Below, piece after piece: positions 23,090-36,082 of a DNA stretch of 64,000 nt. Positions within the stretch are counted from its first letter, which is position 1. Each line of letters begins with the position of its first letter. The DNA is from Mobula hypostoma. Taxonomy: Eukaryota. The notes below the pieces were generated by a model. That model was not told the origin of the DNA. It ran no database searches and saw nothing but the letters and a program-made list of their open reading frames with translations. The stretch lies in the NCBI RefSeq assembly GCF_963921235.1, contig NC_086109.1, positions 15,316,001-15,380,000 on the forward strand. Direction: 5' to 3'. Position numbers and translations under genes: made by a program.

Positions 23090-24300
23090 CAAGGGTTCAA
23101 TGTCCATTTAGGAATCAGGTGGCAGAGGGGAAGAAGCTATTCCTGAATCGCTGAGTGTGTGTCTTCAGGCTTCTGTGCCTCCTACCTGATGGTAGCGATA
23201 AGAGGGGGGCATGCCCTGGGTGCTGGAGGTCCTTAATGATGGATGCTGCCTTTCTGAGACACCACCCTTTGAAGATGTCCTGGGTACTTTGTAGGCTAGT
23301 ACCCAAGATGGAGCCGACTAAGTTTACAACCCTCTGCAGTTTCTTTCGGTCCTGTGCAGTAGCCACCCCTCCCCCCCCCCACCCCCCCAATACCAGACAG
23401 TGATGCAGCCTATCAGAATGCTCTCCACGGTACATCTATAAAAGGTTTTGAATGAATTTGTTGACATACCAAATCTCTTCAAACTACTAATGAGGTGTAG
23501 TAGCTGTCTTGCCTTCTTTGTAACTGCGTTGATATGTTGGGGCCAGGGTTAGGTCTCCAGAGAGCTTGACACCCAGGAACTTGAAACTGCACACCCTCTC
23601 CACTTCTGATTCGCCTCTGAGGATTGGTATGTGTTCCTTTGTCTTACCCTTCCTGAAGTCCACAATCAGCTCTTTCTTCTTAACTGGTGTTGAGTGCCAG
23701 GTTGTTGCTGTGGCACCACTCCACTAGTTGGCCTATCTTGCTCCTGTACACCCTCTTGTCTCCAACTGAGATTCTACCAACAATGGTTGTATCATCAACA
23801 AATTTATAGATGGTATTTGATCTATGCCTAGCCACACACTCGTGGGTATAGAGAGAGTAGAGCAGTGGGCTAAGTACACACCCCTGAGGTGCACCAGTGT
23901 TGATCATCAATGAGGAGGAGATGTTGTCACCAATCCGCACAGATTATGGTTTTCCGGTTGGGAAGTCGAGGATCCAATTGCAGAGGGAGATCAAGAGACC
24001 CAGGTTCTCTAACTTCTCAATCAGGATTGTGGGAATGATGGAGCTAAATACTGAGCTATAGTCGATGAACAGCATCCTGATATAGGTGTTTGTATTCTCC
24101 AGGTGATCTAAAGCCGTGTGAAGGGCTATTGACATTGCATCTGCCATTGACCTTTAGTGGTGATAGACAATTTGGAATGGGTCCAGGTCCATGCTGAGGC
24201 AGGAGTTCAGTCTAGTCACGAGCAACCTCTCAAAGTATTTCATCGCTTTAGATGTGAGTGCTACTGGGTGATAGTCATTAAGGCAGCTCACATTATTCTT
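23090..24300 (-). mobile_element. Rex/Babar LINE RT, decayed
   Basis: [57 protein letters not shown]. Confidence 0.92.
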
Positions 24301-24304
24301 ATGT

Positions 24305-24615
24305 ATATGATGACACCACCTGTCATCAAAGGCTTTGACAAATTCCCTACAGGTGTACAGTGGAAAGAATTCTGACTGGTTCCTACAACAACTGGTTTGG
24401 ACCTCCAACGCACAGGAACCCAGGAGGGTACAGGTGGTGGAGGACTCAGTCAGTTCTGTCATGGATGCAGATCTCTCCACCATTGGGGTGATGTCTTTAG
24501 AAGGTCACACCCATCATCAGGGACCCCTGTTGTCTGGGCAAAAGGTATAGAAGCCAGAAGACCCACAGCTCAAGTTCAAGATCAGCATCTTCCCCATTGC
24601 CATCAGGTTCTTGTC
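24305..24615 (+). mobile_element. Rex/Babar 3' fragment in opposite orientation
   Basis: LTNSYRCTVERILTG-like and FFPIAIRFL-like segments. Confidence 0.7.
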
Positions 24616-24652
24616 ATCCTTATCCACCTCAGACTATATTTCTTTACTATAC

Positions 24653-24985
24653 ACCACACACAAATACTGGAGGAACTCAGCAGGTCGGGCAGCATTTATG
24701 GAAATGAATAAACAATTTATGTTTTGGGCTGAGACCCTTCTTCAGTTCTGAGAAGGAAAGGAGAAGACCCCAGAATAAAAGATTAGGGGATGGGAAGGAG
24801 GCTAGCTGGAAGGTGATAGGTGAAGCCAGGTGGGTGGGAAATGTAGAGGGCTGGAGATGAAGAAATCAGATAGGAGAGGAGAGTAGACCATAGGAGAAAG
24901 GGAAGGAAGAGGGGACCCAGGGGGAAGTGATAGGCAGGTGAGAAGAGGTAAATGTCAGACTGGATAGAGGAAGAGGAGAGAGTAA
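24653..24985 (-). mobile_element. Penelope-like terminus
   Basis: Reverse complement of the 18000-18370 region, including CTGAAGAAGGGTCTCAGCCC. Confidence 0.8.
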
Positions 24986-26954
24986 AAAATATTATTTTCT
25001 TCCATTTCAACTTACACTGGTGTCATTAAGTTTATCTTATCAAATTATGTATAATTTGTGTCAATATAAGTTTAGGCTAACTTATGTTTGTCATGTTTAG
25101 AAAGTACTGTGCCACAGCTGCTGCAAAGAGTTAATTTCATGGAGTTTATGCCCCGTGTATGTATTCGGGTGGCGGTGAAAGTGTATCTCTACCAAAGGAG
25201 GTGTAAGGTGCTCCTTCCCTCTGCTAGTCTCAGGCAAGGTGTAGCACCTACTGATCCCCCCGATTAGGATCACGTAGAGCCATGGGAACAGGTGGTGGAT
25301 GGTTGTATAAGCAGCTGGTGCATATCACAAGTCCTGGCTATGAGACCGCTGATGCCAGTATTGATAATGGCTGGGGTCACCTGTCTTGTAAAGACACTGC
25401 CCAGAAAAAGCCAATGGCAAACCACTTCTGTAGAAAAAATTTGCCAAGAACAATCATGGCCAGGGAAAGACCATGATCGCCCATGTCTTACAACATGGTA
25501 ATGATGATGATGCATGCCCATTGCAATGAACTTGAACTTGAATCTGCAGCCTCTATTGCAAGGGCGCAGCAGGAACATGGGTATACCCTCACCTACTGTC
25601 CAGCACACCATCCTCTCGCAAACCTTTTCTTGATCATTCATTATCATTGGTTCAAAAACTTGTACTCATTACCTAAAAGCACTGCTGGTGTATGTTGAAT
25701 ATGGAGACAGAGTAATTGAGAAGGCAGTTGACCTTCACTTTTTCTTCTTCCCACTGCTGGGAAGGGAGGTAGAGGCATAAAGACCTATCACATTTAAGCC
25801 CACGAGTGAACATGTAGTACTGTAACCCACTGAGTTGCAGGTATATACCTGAGAAGTGTAACTAGTCTAAGTATAGTAGGCCTTTATTGACCAACATGGC
25901 CGTCATAGGGCAAATGGCCCTTTTTAAAATTGTTAAACTTTACATATTATAATTCTGCATTAAATGGTGGCCTTGGTACAAACGTCCACACCTCACAGAA
26001 GGAAAACAAAATGCCTGCTGTATTTGAAAGGCCCAGGAAAAGGCTCAAGCTAATTTTGTTTTTTTTTATTACAGTATTATCTAACACAGTATTTCTCACA
26101 GAAAGGCTTGTAAACAAACAAGAAAGACTTGTATCATGAACATAAAGTTTTATTTTCAACTAGGTAGTTACGAACTAATGCATTCCTGATGATAAACTGT
26201 CATTGTGATATTGGTTATTAGTTTCAAATGAATAGTAACCAATTTGTCTGTGAAACTACGGTGCCTCTAGGGTGCCAAAATGTATAAGTGTATGGAGATA
26301 ATAGGCAGAATCATTAAGGGAGATGTCTGAATAACTCCCACAGCTCTCTTTGTGTTCCTGCATGTTGCTATTAGTAATGTTGATAGAAAATGGATTCTAT
26401 TCAGATGGGATTCTTGACAGCACTTTTCTCTTGTGCCTTGGTTTAAAATTTACAGCTGGGCAGACTAAGATCTGCACTGAACGTACAGCAGACTACCTAT
26501 CACCTAACGCCAAAAGCCTTTTCAATTTAACTTTTCAGTCACCATTTCATTTTTTTTTCTGAATATGTGGTAGATCTAAGTTAATCTCCCATTATATTGA
26601 ATTTATTTTACGGGTGAACTCATTTCCTGTATATTGCCTGTCTAGCAAGGAGTACACTCCCTAAGACACTAGGACATTGGCAGAACTTTAGTGCTACCCT
26701 GAAGCAAAATTTAGGACAGCAAATTATTTCAAAGTAATAAGATATTATTTCTCTCAAGTTTTAGTTGGGAATAATCTTTAATTTAATAATTTGATTTTCA
26801 CTAGAAATTCTAGTCTTTAAATAAGCATTGTCCAGCTATCAATTATTTTCAATTCCATGGCGCCTAACATAACCGTTATGAACTGTACCACCATTAACCA
26901 TTTCATATCCATGAAGGGAAATGAATATCTTATGAATGGGATACATTTTTTAGT

Positions 26955-27195
26955 GACCCTCCCCCACCCACTGACCTTTGCCCTCACCTGCTTCACCTAT
27001 CACCTGCCAGGCAGCGCTTCTTTCCCTCCCTCCCTCCCTCCCCCCTTCTCCTTCTTATTCTGGCTTCCATCTTCCTTTCCAGTCCTGATGGAGGGTCAAA
27101 GCCCTCAATATTCCCCTCCATAGATGCTGCCTGACCTGTTGAGTACCTCCAGCTCTTTGTGTGATCTCCAGCATCTGCAGAGTCTCCTGTGTTTC
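26955..27195 (+). mobile_element. Penelope-like terminus
   Basis: CACCTATCACC...CAGTCCTGATGGAGGG...CCATAGATGCTGCCTGACCTG...CCAGCATCTGCAGA. Confidence 0.75.
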
Positions 27196-27486
27196 TGAAT
27201 TTATGAATGTGAAAACTGTCCTTGTCTAGTTACAACCTTTCAAACTCCAATTTCTCTTCCATCCTACCACCCTCCACTCACTTGAAGTTCTGACATATTC
27301 ACTCCAACGCCCTGACCTCTGAACCTGGGCAGTCCCTGCTCCAGCATAGCACACAGCTTGCTGTCTATCTGCATCTTATTCCCACTTTCTTGTGTAGGTT
27401 GCTCAAGATTCTTGCAGTGATGTGATCTGCCGAAATTGCCAGGGTCCTTTTCCTCAGTCCCTTTCTGCCCCTGAGATGCACTTAAT

Positions 27487-28795
27487 TCAGAATAAGAATC
27501 AGGTTTATTATCACTGGCGTGTGTCATGAAATTTGTTAATTTAGTGGCAGCAGTTCAATGGAAAAGAAGTAAATCCATTACAATCAGTATAGATATGTAT
27601 ATTGACTAGATTAAAAACAGTGCAAAAACAGAAATAATATATACTTTAAAAAAGAGAGGCAACATTTATGGGTCCAATGTCCATTTTGAAATTAGATAGC
27701 AGAGGGGAAGAAACTGTTCCTGAATCACTAAATGTGTGCCTTCAGGCTCCTGTACCTCCCTCCTGACGGTAACAGTGTGAAGAGGGCAATTCCTGGGTGC
27801 TGGGGGTCCTTAATAACAGGTGTCACCTTTCTGAGGCACTGCTCCTTGAATGTACTATGGAGACTAGTACCCAAGATGGAGCTGTCTAATTTTACAGCTT
27901 TCTGTAGCTTCTTTCGGTCCTGTGCAATAGCATTCCCCTCCCCCCATACCAGACAGTGATCAGCCTGACAGACTGCTCTCCACAGTACATCTATAGAAGT
28001 TTTTGAGTGTTTTAGTTGTCAAACCAAATCTCTTCAAACTCCTAATGAAATAAAGCCGCTGTCTTGCCTTGTTTATAGCTGCATCGATATGTTGGGACCA
28101 GGTTAGATCCTCAGAGATCTTGACACCCAGGAACTTTAAATTGCTCACTCTCTCTACTTTTGATCCCTCTAAGAGGATTGATATGTGTTCCTTCATCTTA
28201 CCCTTCTTGAAGTCCACAATCAGTTCTTTTGTCTTACTGACATTGACTGCAAGGTTGCTACTGTGACACCACTCAAATAGCTGGTGTATCTTGCTCCTGT
28301 AAGCCCTTTCGTCTCCATCTGCGATTCTACCAACAATGATTGCATCATCAGCAAATTTATAGATGGCATTTGATCTATACCTAGCCACACTGAGGTGCGC
28401 CAGTGTTAATCATCAGTGAGGAGGAGTTATCATCACCAATCTGCGCAGATTGTGGTCTTCCAGTTAGGAAGTCGAGGATTCAGTTGCAGAGGGAGGTACA
28501 GAGGCCCAGGTTCTGTGGCTTATCGATCAGGACTGTGGGAATGATGGTGTTAAACGCTGAGCTATAGTCAATGAACAGCATCCTGACATAGGTTTTTGTA
28601 TTGTCCAGGTGACCTAAGGCCATGTGAAGAGCCAATGAGATTGCGCCTGCCGTAGACCTATCATGGCGACAGCAAACTGTAATGGGTCCAGGTCCTTACT
28701 GAGGCAGGAGTTGATTCTAGCCATGACCAACCTCTCAAAGCATTTCATCGTCGTAGATGTGAGTGCTACTGGGCATTACTCATTAAGGCAGCTTC
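27487..28795 (-). mobile_element. Rex/Babar LINE, decayed
   Basis: YKFADD; NVSKTKELIVDFKK; KFLGVKISEDLTWSQH; TCTGA tail at ~27487-27505. Confidence 0.92.
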
Positions 28796-28989
28796 ACAAT
28801 TATGTCTTAATTAACGCCCTGAAACACAGGCGGCAGAGTGGCACAATGTTAGATGCCTGGGTTCATTCCTAAACCCCTGATACCATCTGTGTGGAGTTTG
28901 CCTATTCTTCCAGTGACTGGGTGGGTTATCTTGGATGGTCTGGTATACTTCCACGTCCCAAAGACTTGTAGCTTTGGAGGTTAATTGGA

Positions 28990-29970
28990 TTGACTTTATT
29001 TCTCACATCCTTCACATACATGAGGAGTAAAAGTCTTTACATTACGTCTCCGTCTGAACGTGCAATGTGCAAATCATAGTAATTTATAATAAATAGTATG
29101 TACAGTAAGATACACAACACGACAGTTAATATAGCTTAGAGATACAGCTGTGTCAGTGTGAACTAGTCAGTCTGATGGCCTGGTGGAAGAAGTTGTCCCG
29201 AAGTCTGTTTATTCTGGCTTTATTGCTGTGATACTGTTTCCCAGATGGTTGCAGCTGAAACAGTTTGTGGTTGGGGTGACTCGGGTTCCCAACGATTCTT
29301 TGCGCCCTTTTTACTCACCTGTCACTGTAAATGTCCTGAATGGTGGGAAGTTCACACCTACAGATGTGCTGGACTGTCCGCACCACTCTCTGCAGAGTCC
29401 TGCAATGAGGGAAGTACAGTTCCCATACCAGGTAGTGATGCAGCCAGTCAGGATGCTCTCAGTTGTGCCCCTGTAGAAAGTCCTTAGGATTTGGGGATTC
29501 ACGCCGAACTTCTTCAGCTGTCTGAGGTGAAAGAAGCGTTGTCGTGCTTTTTTTCACCACACTCCCATATGTACACACTAAGTGAGGTCCTCAATGATAT
29601 GTATACTGAGGAACTCGAAGCTGTTCACCCTCTCAACCCCAGATCCATTGATGTCAATAGGGCTGAGCCTGTCTCCATTCCTCCTGTAGTCCACAACCAG
29701 CTACTTTGTTTTTGCAACATTGAGGGAGAGATTTTTTTCTTAACATCAGTGTGGCAGGGTGATGACTTCTCTGTAGGCTGCCTTGTTATTATTTGAGATA
29801 AGGCCAATCAATGTAGCATCATCTGCAAATTTAATTTGTAGATTGGAGCTGTGGGTGGCGACACAGTCATGGGTATACAGAGATTAAAGGAGGGGGCTTA
29901 GGACACAGCCCTGACAGGCACCTGTGTTGAGGGTCAGAGGGGCAGAGGTGAGGGAGCCCACCCTTACCAC
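28990..29970 (-). mobile_element. Rex/Babar LINE, second subfamily (tail shared with 46540-46910)
   Basis: TGACQGCVLSPLL; LRTFYRGTTESILTGCITTWYGNC; 3' UTR ...GGATGTGAGAAATAAAGTCAAT. Confidence 0.9.
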
Positions 29971-30239
29971 CTTGGTCACTGCAAATTCCCCCCTGTGAGC
30001 AGATGAATAGGAGAATCAGAATCCTTCTGAACTTCCGATCACGATACTGCCTGCATACAATACCCCTTTGGCTGACATCTTCTGTACAGATCATGAAACT
30101 GTATATTTCATTTCTTTTATATCTTTTACTTTTGTTTTTCATCTTGAATGTGATTCTGGAACTTCTGGAGCTTATGATTTGCAACTTGGAGATCGTTTGT
30201 GTGTTCCAGTCCTCTGCATTCTCCAAGAGGATACTGGGA

Positions 30240-31443
30240 GGCAGAAGAGTGTGCGCGACCCTTGTGGCGAGAAGATTACGGGGCGCAAGCTGATGTTGGA
30301 CTCCATTTCGCTGATTAAAGCTTCCATTGTTCGCCGATTAATGTGACGAGGGAGATTGAAACATCTGAGTGCGAAAGATGAGCGCTTGCTGCCTGCCTTT
30401 TTATCGCTGGTGGGATTGCTCTGCTACAGAGAGGGGAGACTGAACATAGAACATAGAACATAGAACATAGAAATTTACAGCACATTACAGGCCCTTCAGC
30501 CCACAATGTTGTGCTGACCATGTAACTTACCTAGAGACTGCCTAGAATTTCCCTAGTGCATAGCCTTCTATTTTTCTAAGCTCCGTGTACCTATCTAAGA
30601 GTCTCTTAAAAGACCCTATCGTATCGGCTTCTATCACTGACACCGGCAGTGCATTCCACGCACCCACCACTCTCTGTGTGAAAAACTTACACCTGACCTC
30701 CCCTTGGTACCTATTTCCAAGCACCTTAAAATGATGCCCCCTCATGTTAGCCACTTTGGCCCTGGGATAAAGCCTCTGACTATCCACACAATCATGGCCT
30801 TTATCATCTTATACACCTCTATCAGGTCACCGCTCATCCTCCATTGCTCCAAGGAGAAAAGGCCAAGTAAACTCAACCTATTCTCATAAGGCAGGCTCTC
30901 CAATCCAGGCAACATCCTTGTAAATCTCCTCTGCCTTTTGATCGGTGGTTAGATCACTTGCTGCCAGAGAGGGGAGACTGCCTTTTTAATGCTGATATAT
31001 TGCTCTGCTACAGAGAGTGGAGACTGACTTTTGATCGCTGGGGGATCGCTCTGCTACTAGAGAGAGGAGACTGTTTTTTTGATCGCTGGGGGAATAGCTC
31101 GCTGCCAGAGAGGGAAAGGCCTGTCTCTGTGCCCGAAGAATGTTACTCAGGTTTTCTGTTTTTGGATATGGACTTGGACTGTAGACTTTTTCAGTCTTAT
31201 AGTTTTTTACATTCTGTGTTTGTTGCCCAATCTTTCTCATTTTTTTGTGTGTGGGGAGGGGGATATGGAGGTCAATGTGCTTGTTCCATTTTTGATTATC
31301 TTGAGTGGGGAGGGGGGATTTGGGGGATGATGATTGTGCTGCCGTTCTTTTCTTTCTTGGTTTTGTGGCTCTCTGGAGAAGAAGAATTTCAGAGTTGTAT
31401 ACCTTGATAATAAATGAACCTTTGAGCCTTTTGAACCTTTGAG
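30240..31443 (+). mobile_element. Non-coding retroposon with internal ~45-bp tandem units, split by a CR1 insertion
   Basis: Units TTTTGATCGCTGGGG..ATCGCTCTGCTAC.AGAGAGGGGAGACTG at ~30398 and 30935-31115; tail AATAAATGAACCTTTGA...; 5' boundary uncertain. Confidence 0.65.
30444..30933 (-). mobile_element. CR1 3' fragment with (CATAGAA)n tail
   Basis: FFTQRVVGAWNALP; SFKRLLDRY. Confidence 0.9.
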
Positions 31444-31750
31444 AATCAGGTTGATTATCACTGACTTAGATGATGTGAAATTTATTTGATAGAGTGCAGA
31501 GAGAATGGGTGATTGAGGCTTGGAGTTTAAGGCCCTCACCCAGGCTCCTCTTTCATCATCAGCGGTTAGTCCTGGGTTGATACCAAAGATCAGAAGCCCA
31601 AAGGTTGATTTGAAGTCCGAAATTCAACGCCTAATGACTGGAGCCCTGGGTCTGCAAGTCTGCAGGGAAAGTTCAAGGCTCTACGTCTGCAAGTCTGTGT
31701 CCAGTGGAGGCGGCAGAAGGCTGAAGATGGCCATCCTGAGATTGGAGGAT

Positions 31751-31752
<2 letters not shown>

Positions 31753-31796
<44 letters not shown>
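31753..31796. repeat. (GT)n microsatellite
   Basis: Seen directly. Confidence 0.98.
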
Positions 31797-31799
<3 letters not shown>

Positions 31800-32009
31800 G
31801 AGAGAGAGAGATGAGGAAGGGGGCTTGTTTTGTTGTTGTTCTGTTGTTGTCACTTGTGTTATTCTGTGAACATGGTGGGCATGCTATATTGGTGCCATAA
31901 TGAACGGCTACACCTGCGGGCTGCCCCCACCACATCCATAGTTTGCATTGGCTGTTATGCAGACGACGCATTTCACTGCATGCTCTGATGTACATGTGAC
32001 AAAGAAATG

Positions 32010-32470
32010 CTGCATCACCGTCTGGCCGCATTACCTCTGGTCTGGAGGGGCCATCCTGCACAGGATTGGAAAAAGCTGCAGGAAGTTGTAAACTCAGCCA
32101 GCTCTATCATGGGCACTAGCCTCCCCAGTATCAAGGACACCTTTAAAAGGCAGCTTCCATCATTAAGGACTCCCACCACCAGAACATGCCCTCTTCTCAT
32201 TGCAATCAGTGTGGATGAGGTACGGGACTCTGAAGACACACATTCAATGTTTCAGGAACAATTTCTTCCCCTCCGTCATCAGATTTCTGAACGGACAATG
32301 AACCAACTCATGAACACTACCTTGCTCTCTTTGCACTTCTTATTTATTTAAATATTTTTGATATGTTGTATATATTGCTTTTTGTAGTTTATAGTATGTC
32401 TGATGTATTGCACTGTACTGCTGCCACAGAACAACAGATTTCTTGACATATGTCAATGATAATAAACCTG
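32010..32470 (+). mobile_element. Rex/Babar 3' end
   Basis: AQDWKKLQEVVNSASSIMGTSLPSIKDTFK; tail GATAATAAACCTGA. Confidence 0.88.
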
Positions 32471-33010
32471 ATCCTGATTCTGAATCTGAATTTGAATCTG
32501 AATCTGAATCTGAATCTGACTCTGATTATGAATGTGAATCTCAGTCTGAATCTGAATTTGAATCTGAATCTGAATCTGACTCTGATTCTGAATGTGAATC
32601 TCAATCTGAATCTGATTCTGAATCTGAATCTGAATCTGAACCTGACACTGACACTGATTCTGAATGTGAATCTCAATCTGAATCTGATTCTGAATCTGAA
32701 TCTGAATCTGAATCTGACTCTGATTCTGAATGTGAATCTCAATCTGAATCTGATTCTGAATCTGAATCTGAACCTGACACTGATTCTGAATGTGAATCTC
32801 AGTCTGAATCTGATTCTGGATCTGAGTCTCAGTCTGAATCTGAATCTGAATCTGACTCTGATTCTGAATGTGAATCTCAGTCGGAATCTGATTCTGAATC
32901 TGAATCTGACTCTGATTCTGAATGTGAATCTCAGTCTGAATCTGAATCTGATTTTAATCCTGCTTCTGAATGTGAATCCGATTTTAATCCTGATTCTGAT
33001 TCTGAATCTA
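32467..33010. repeat. Compound (GAATCT)n hexamer satellite with higher-order structure
   Basis: About 90 hexamers (GAATCT/GATTCT/GACTCT/GAATGT/CAGTCT) continuing the LINE tail. Confidence 0.97.
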
Positions 33011-33864
33011 ATGTTCGGCATGGACCTGATAAGCTGAAGGGCCTGTTTCTGTGCTGTATCTCCGCAACTCTTCCAATGACTCTGAGACTCTTTTGGTTTA
33101 GTTAAGGACAGGAAGAATCCTTCTATTTCCTCCAATATGCATATTGAAATAACAAAATGACATGATTAAAAATATGAATTAAAAATAAAGGAACACAGTA
33201 CAAGAAAAGAGTTGCATGAACATAGCACAGCCTCAGGAGATGTTAATCACTTACTGGTTGTGTTGGTTCTTTTTCCAGGAGCAATTGATGCTGCAGGAAT
33301 AGGGAAACGTACATTATAATTAAGTACAGTTACGAATTAAATATTCAAAGGGGGGGGGCAGGCTGGCATTTGCCTTCTTTAAATTCAGCATTTTCTGAGA
33401 TATTAGATTAACCGCTTTTCTCTGTGAATGGTGCGGCTTTGTGATGTTAAAAATGCCTGTCAGCTTTGGTGAAGTCTATTAGAACATTCCCGTGTATGTG
33501 TGGAAGGAGGAGCCAAAGGGTGAGGTTTGTATCCCTGGAATCTTGATGAATATACTCTGAAGCTGAGAAGCTGAGCTCTGCTATGCATGAACCACCCACG
33601 GATTGATATCTCGTCTGTGCTGAACTTGCCAAATTTGAATGGTCTGTCTGACGGTCAGAGCCCACAGCATGATGCCTAATGGAACCGTTAATGATGAATG
33701 ATATCCTCTGTCCACATCAGGATTCATATGTCGAATTAGCAGGCTTGAAGGTCCTCACTAAATTAGGTCTGTTTCGCACCTATGCCCGACTTAATGCAGA
33801 GGAATAAACCCAACATCACTTGACAATTAACTCCCGCAAGGAGCTGTACTCATAAAACAAGCTG

Positions 33865-34615
33865 TCATCTGGAGTACATCATCAATGTACTGTAGAAAGC
33901 ATCTGATCCTGATGCTTCATGGCTTGGTATGGTAATTGCTTCACACTTGAACACAAGAAACCGCAGAGTAGTGGACACAGCTCAGCACATTACAGAAACC
34001 AGCCCCCTCCTTCCATGGATCCTGTCCACACTGCTCCATGCCTCAGTAAATCAAAGATCCCACCCACGCCAGACATTCTTTCTTTCATTATTTATTGAGA
34101 TATACCTGGCCCTTCGAGCCACACCTTCCAACAACCCCAAATTTAATCCTAGTCTCCTCACAGGGCAATTTACAATGACCAATTAAGATTCCAACTGTAC
34201 TAGATTGAGGGAGGAACTGGAGCACCCAGAGGAAACCCACACAGTCACAGGGAGAACGTACAAACTTCTTGCAGGCAGTGTCAGGAATTGAACCCGGGTA
34301 CTCTGAAGTGTTGTGCTAACCACTACACTACCGCTTTTCTCCCCACTTTATCAGGCGGAAGGTACAAATACCACAAGCTCGAAGACAGCTGTTATCAGAC
34401 TAATCAATATTTCCCCATTATGATAAGATATACTCCTGACCTCACAATCTACCTCGCGCCACCTTGCACCTTACTGTCTACCTGCACTGCATCCTCTCTG
34501 TACTGTAGCACTTTATTCTGCACTACCGTTGTAATGAATTCATCCATACAGTTGGTGTGCAAGGCAAGTCTTTCACTGTACCTCGGTCCATGTGACAAAG
34601 ATAAACTAATTTACA
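33865..34615 (+). mobile_element. Rex/Babar 3' end interrupted by a V-SINE (34085-34333, -)
   Basis: QCTVESI...AWYGNC, RVVDTAQHIT; SINE core GAGCACCCAGAGGAAACCCAC. Confidence 0.75.
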
Positions 34616-35528
34616 ATGTAAAGTCATTAAATATTAGCAGAAGGCAAGCAGTCCGTGGAGGAGAAACTCAGCAGTGAGTCCCATTCTGCACATTAAGATA
34701 CTAATATGCTTTTTGTGCGCGTTGCTCTCGACCATGACACACATTGATCAAGAGCAAAGACAGCTATACTCAGTTTGGGAAGGAGATGTGGTCAAGTATC
34801 TACATGCGGGTTTACAAACATCATCAATTTTTGAAGATGAAGGGGTAAAGGTTTGATAAGGTTGACTTTATTTGTCGTGTGGACATTGAAACATGCAGTG
34901 AAATGTGTCATTTTGATTCAAAATCAAACCAGTGAGGTTCATGCTGGGAAAGTGTGGCCATGCTTCCAGTGCCAGTGTCGCATACCCACCACTTACTAAC
35001 CCTAACCCACGTGTTTTTGGACCGTGCGAGGAGACCAAAACACCCGGAGGAAACTCACGCTGTCCCGGGGAGAACGTACAAACTCATCACAGACAACGCC
35101 GGAACTGAATTGCGATCGGTGATCACTGTCACAGTAATAATGTTACAGTAACTGTTATGCTATTGTGCCGCCACTTTTTGTTGGGAAAACCATTCATGCT
35201 ATTCTTGCTGAATGTTTGAAAGACTTAACCAATTCATTCAACCTCGATATTTGGGAATTATCTTTAAATATTGGTGAAATCAGATGGCAGATGGAGTAGT
35301 GTCAGGAAGTGTATGGTCATGCACTTTGGTAGAAGAAGTGAAAGAGTTGACTATTTTCTAAATGGAGAGAAAATACAAAAAAACGGAGATGCAATGGAAC
35401 TTGGGAGTCCTGGTGCAGGATCCCCTAAAGGTTACTTTGCAGGTTGACTCTGTCGTGAGGAAGGCAAAGGCAATGTTAGCATTAATTTCAAGAGGACTAG
35501 AATATAAAAGCAAGGATGTAATGTTGAA

Positions 35529-35661
35529 CAACAGAAAATCTGAAGGTGCTGGAAATCCAAGCAACACACACAAAAGTGCCGAAGGATTTGGTCCAAAATG
35601 TCAACCGTACTTTTTTCCATAGATGCTGTCTGGCCTGCTGAGTTCCTCCAGCATTTTGTGT
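35529..35661. mobile_element. Penelope-terminus mini-element with inverted arms
   Basis: 14-bp TSD GATGTAATGTTGAA (35515-35528) / GATGTAATATTGAA (35662-35675). Confidence 0.85.
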
Positions 35662-36082
35662 GATGTAATATTGAAACTTGTAATACAAGGCACTGGTGAG
35701 GCCTCACTTGGAGTATTGTGAACAGTTTTGGGCCCCTCAGAAAGAATGTGCTGAAACTGGAGAGGGTTCAAAGTAGGTTCACGAAAATGATTCCAGGATT
35801 GAATAGTGTGTCATACGAAGAGCGTTTGATGTCTCTGGGCCTGTATTCACTGGAATTCAGAAGAATGAAGGGTGACCTCATTGAATGGTGAAAGGCCTTA
35901 ATAAAGTTGATGTGGAGAGGTTGTTTCCTATCGTGAGAAAGTCTAAGACCAGAGGACACAGCCTCAGAATAAAGGGGCGTCCTTTTAGAACGGAGATGAG
36001 GAGTAATATCTTTAGCCAGAGGGTGGTGAATCTGTGGAATTCTTTGTCACATGGAGCTATAGAGGCCAAGTCTATATGTATA

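Noticed and set aside
30935..31120. Regularly spaced repeats as a CRISPR-like array
   Set aside because: Contiguous diverged tandem units without unique spacers, in eukaryotic repeat DNA; no cas genes.
32389..33135. ORFs of 195-248 aa resembling Ser/Asp-rich or Arg/Phe-rich proteins
   Set aside because: They are by-products of a hexamer satellite continuous with a LINE tail; no signal peptide or exon context.
33685..33760. ATGATGA as a C/D snoRNA C box
   Set aside because: No matching terminal CTGA D box or closing stem.
34633..34680. 36-nt exon candidate ending at AGCA|GTGAGT
   Set aside because: No pyrimidine tract; the acceptor lies next to a LINE tail.
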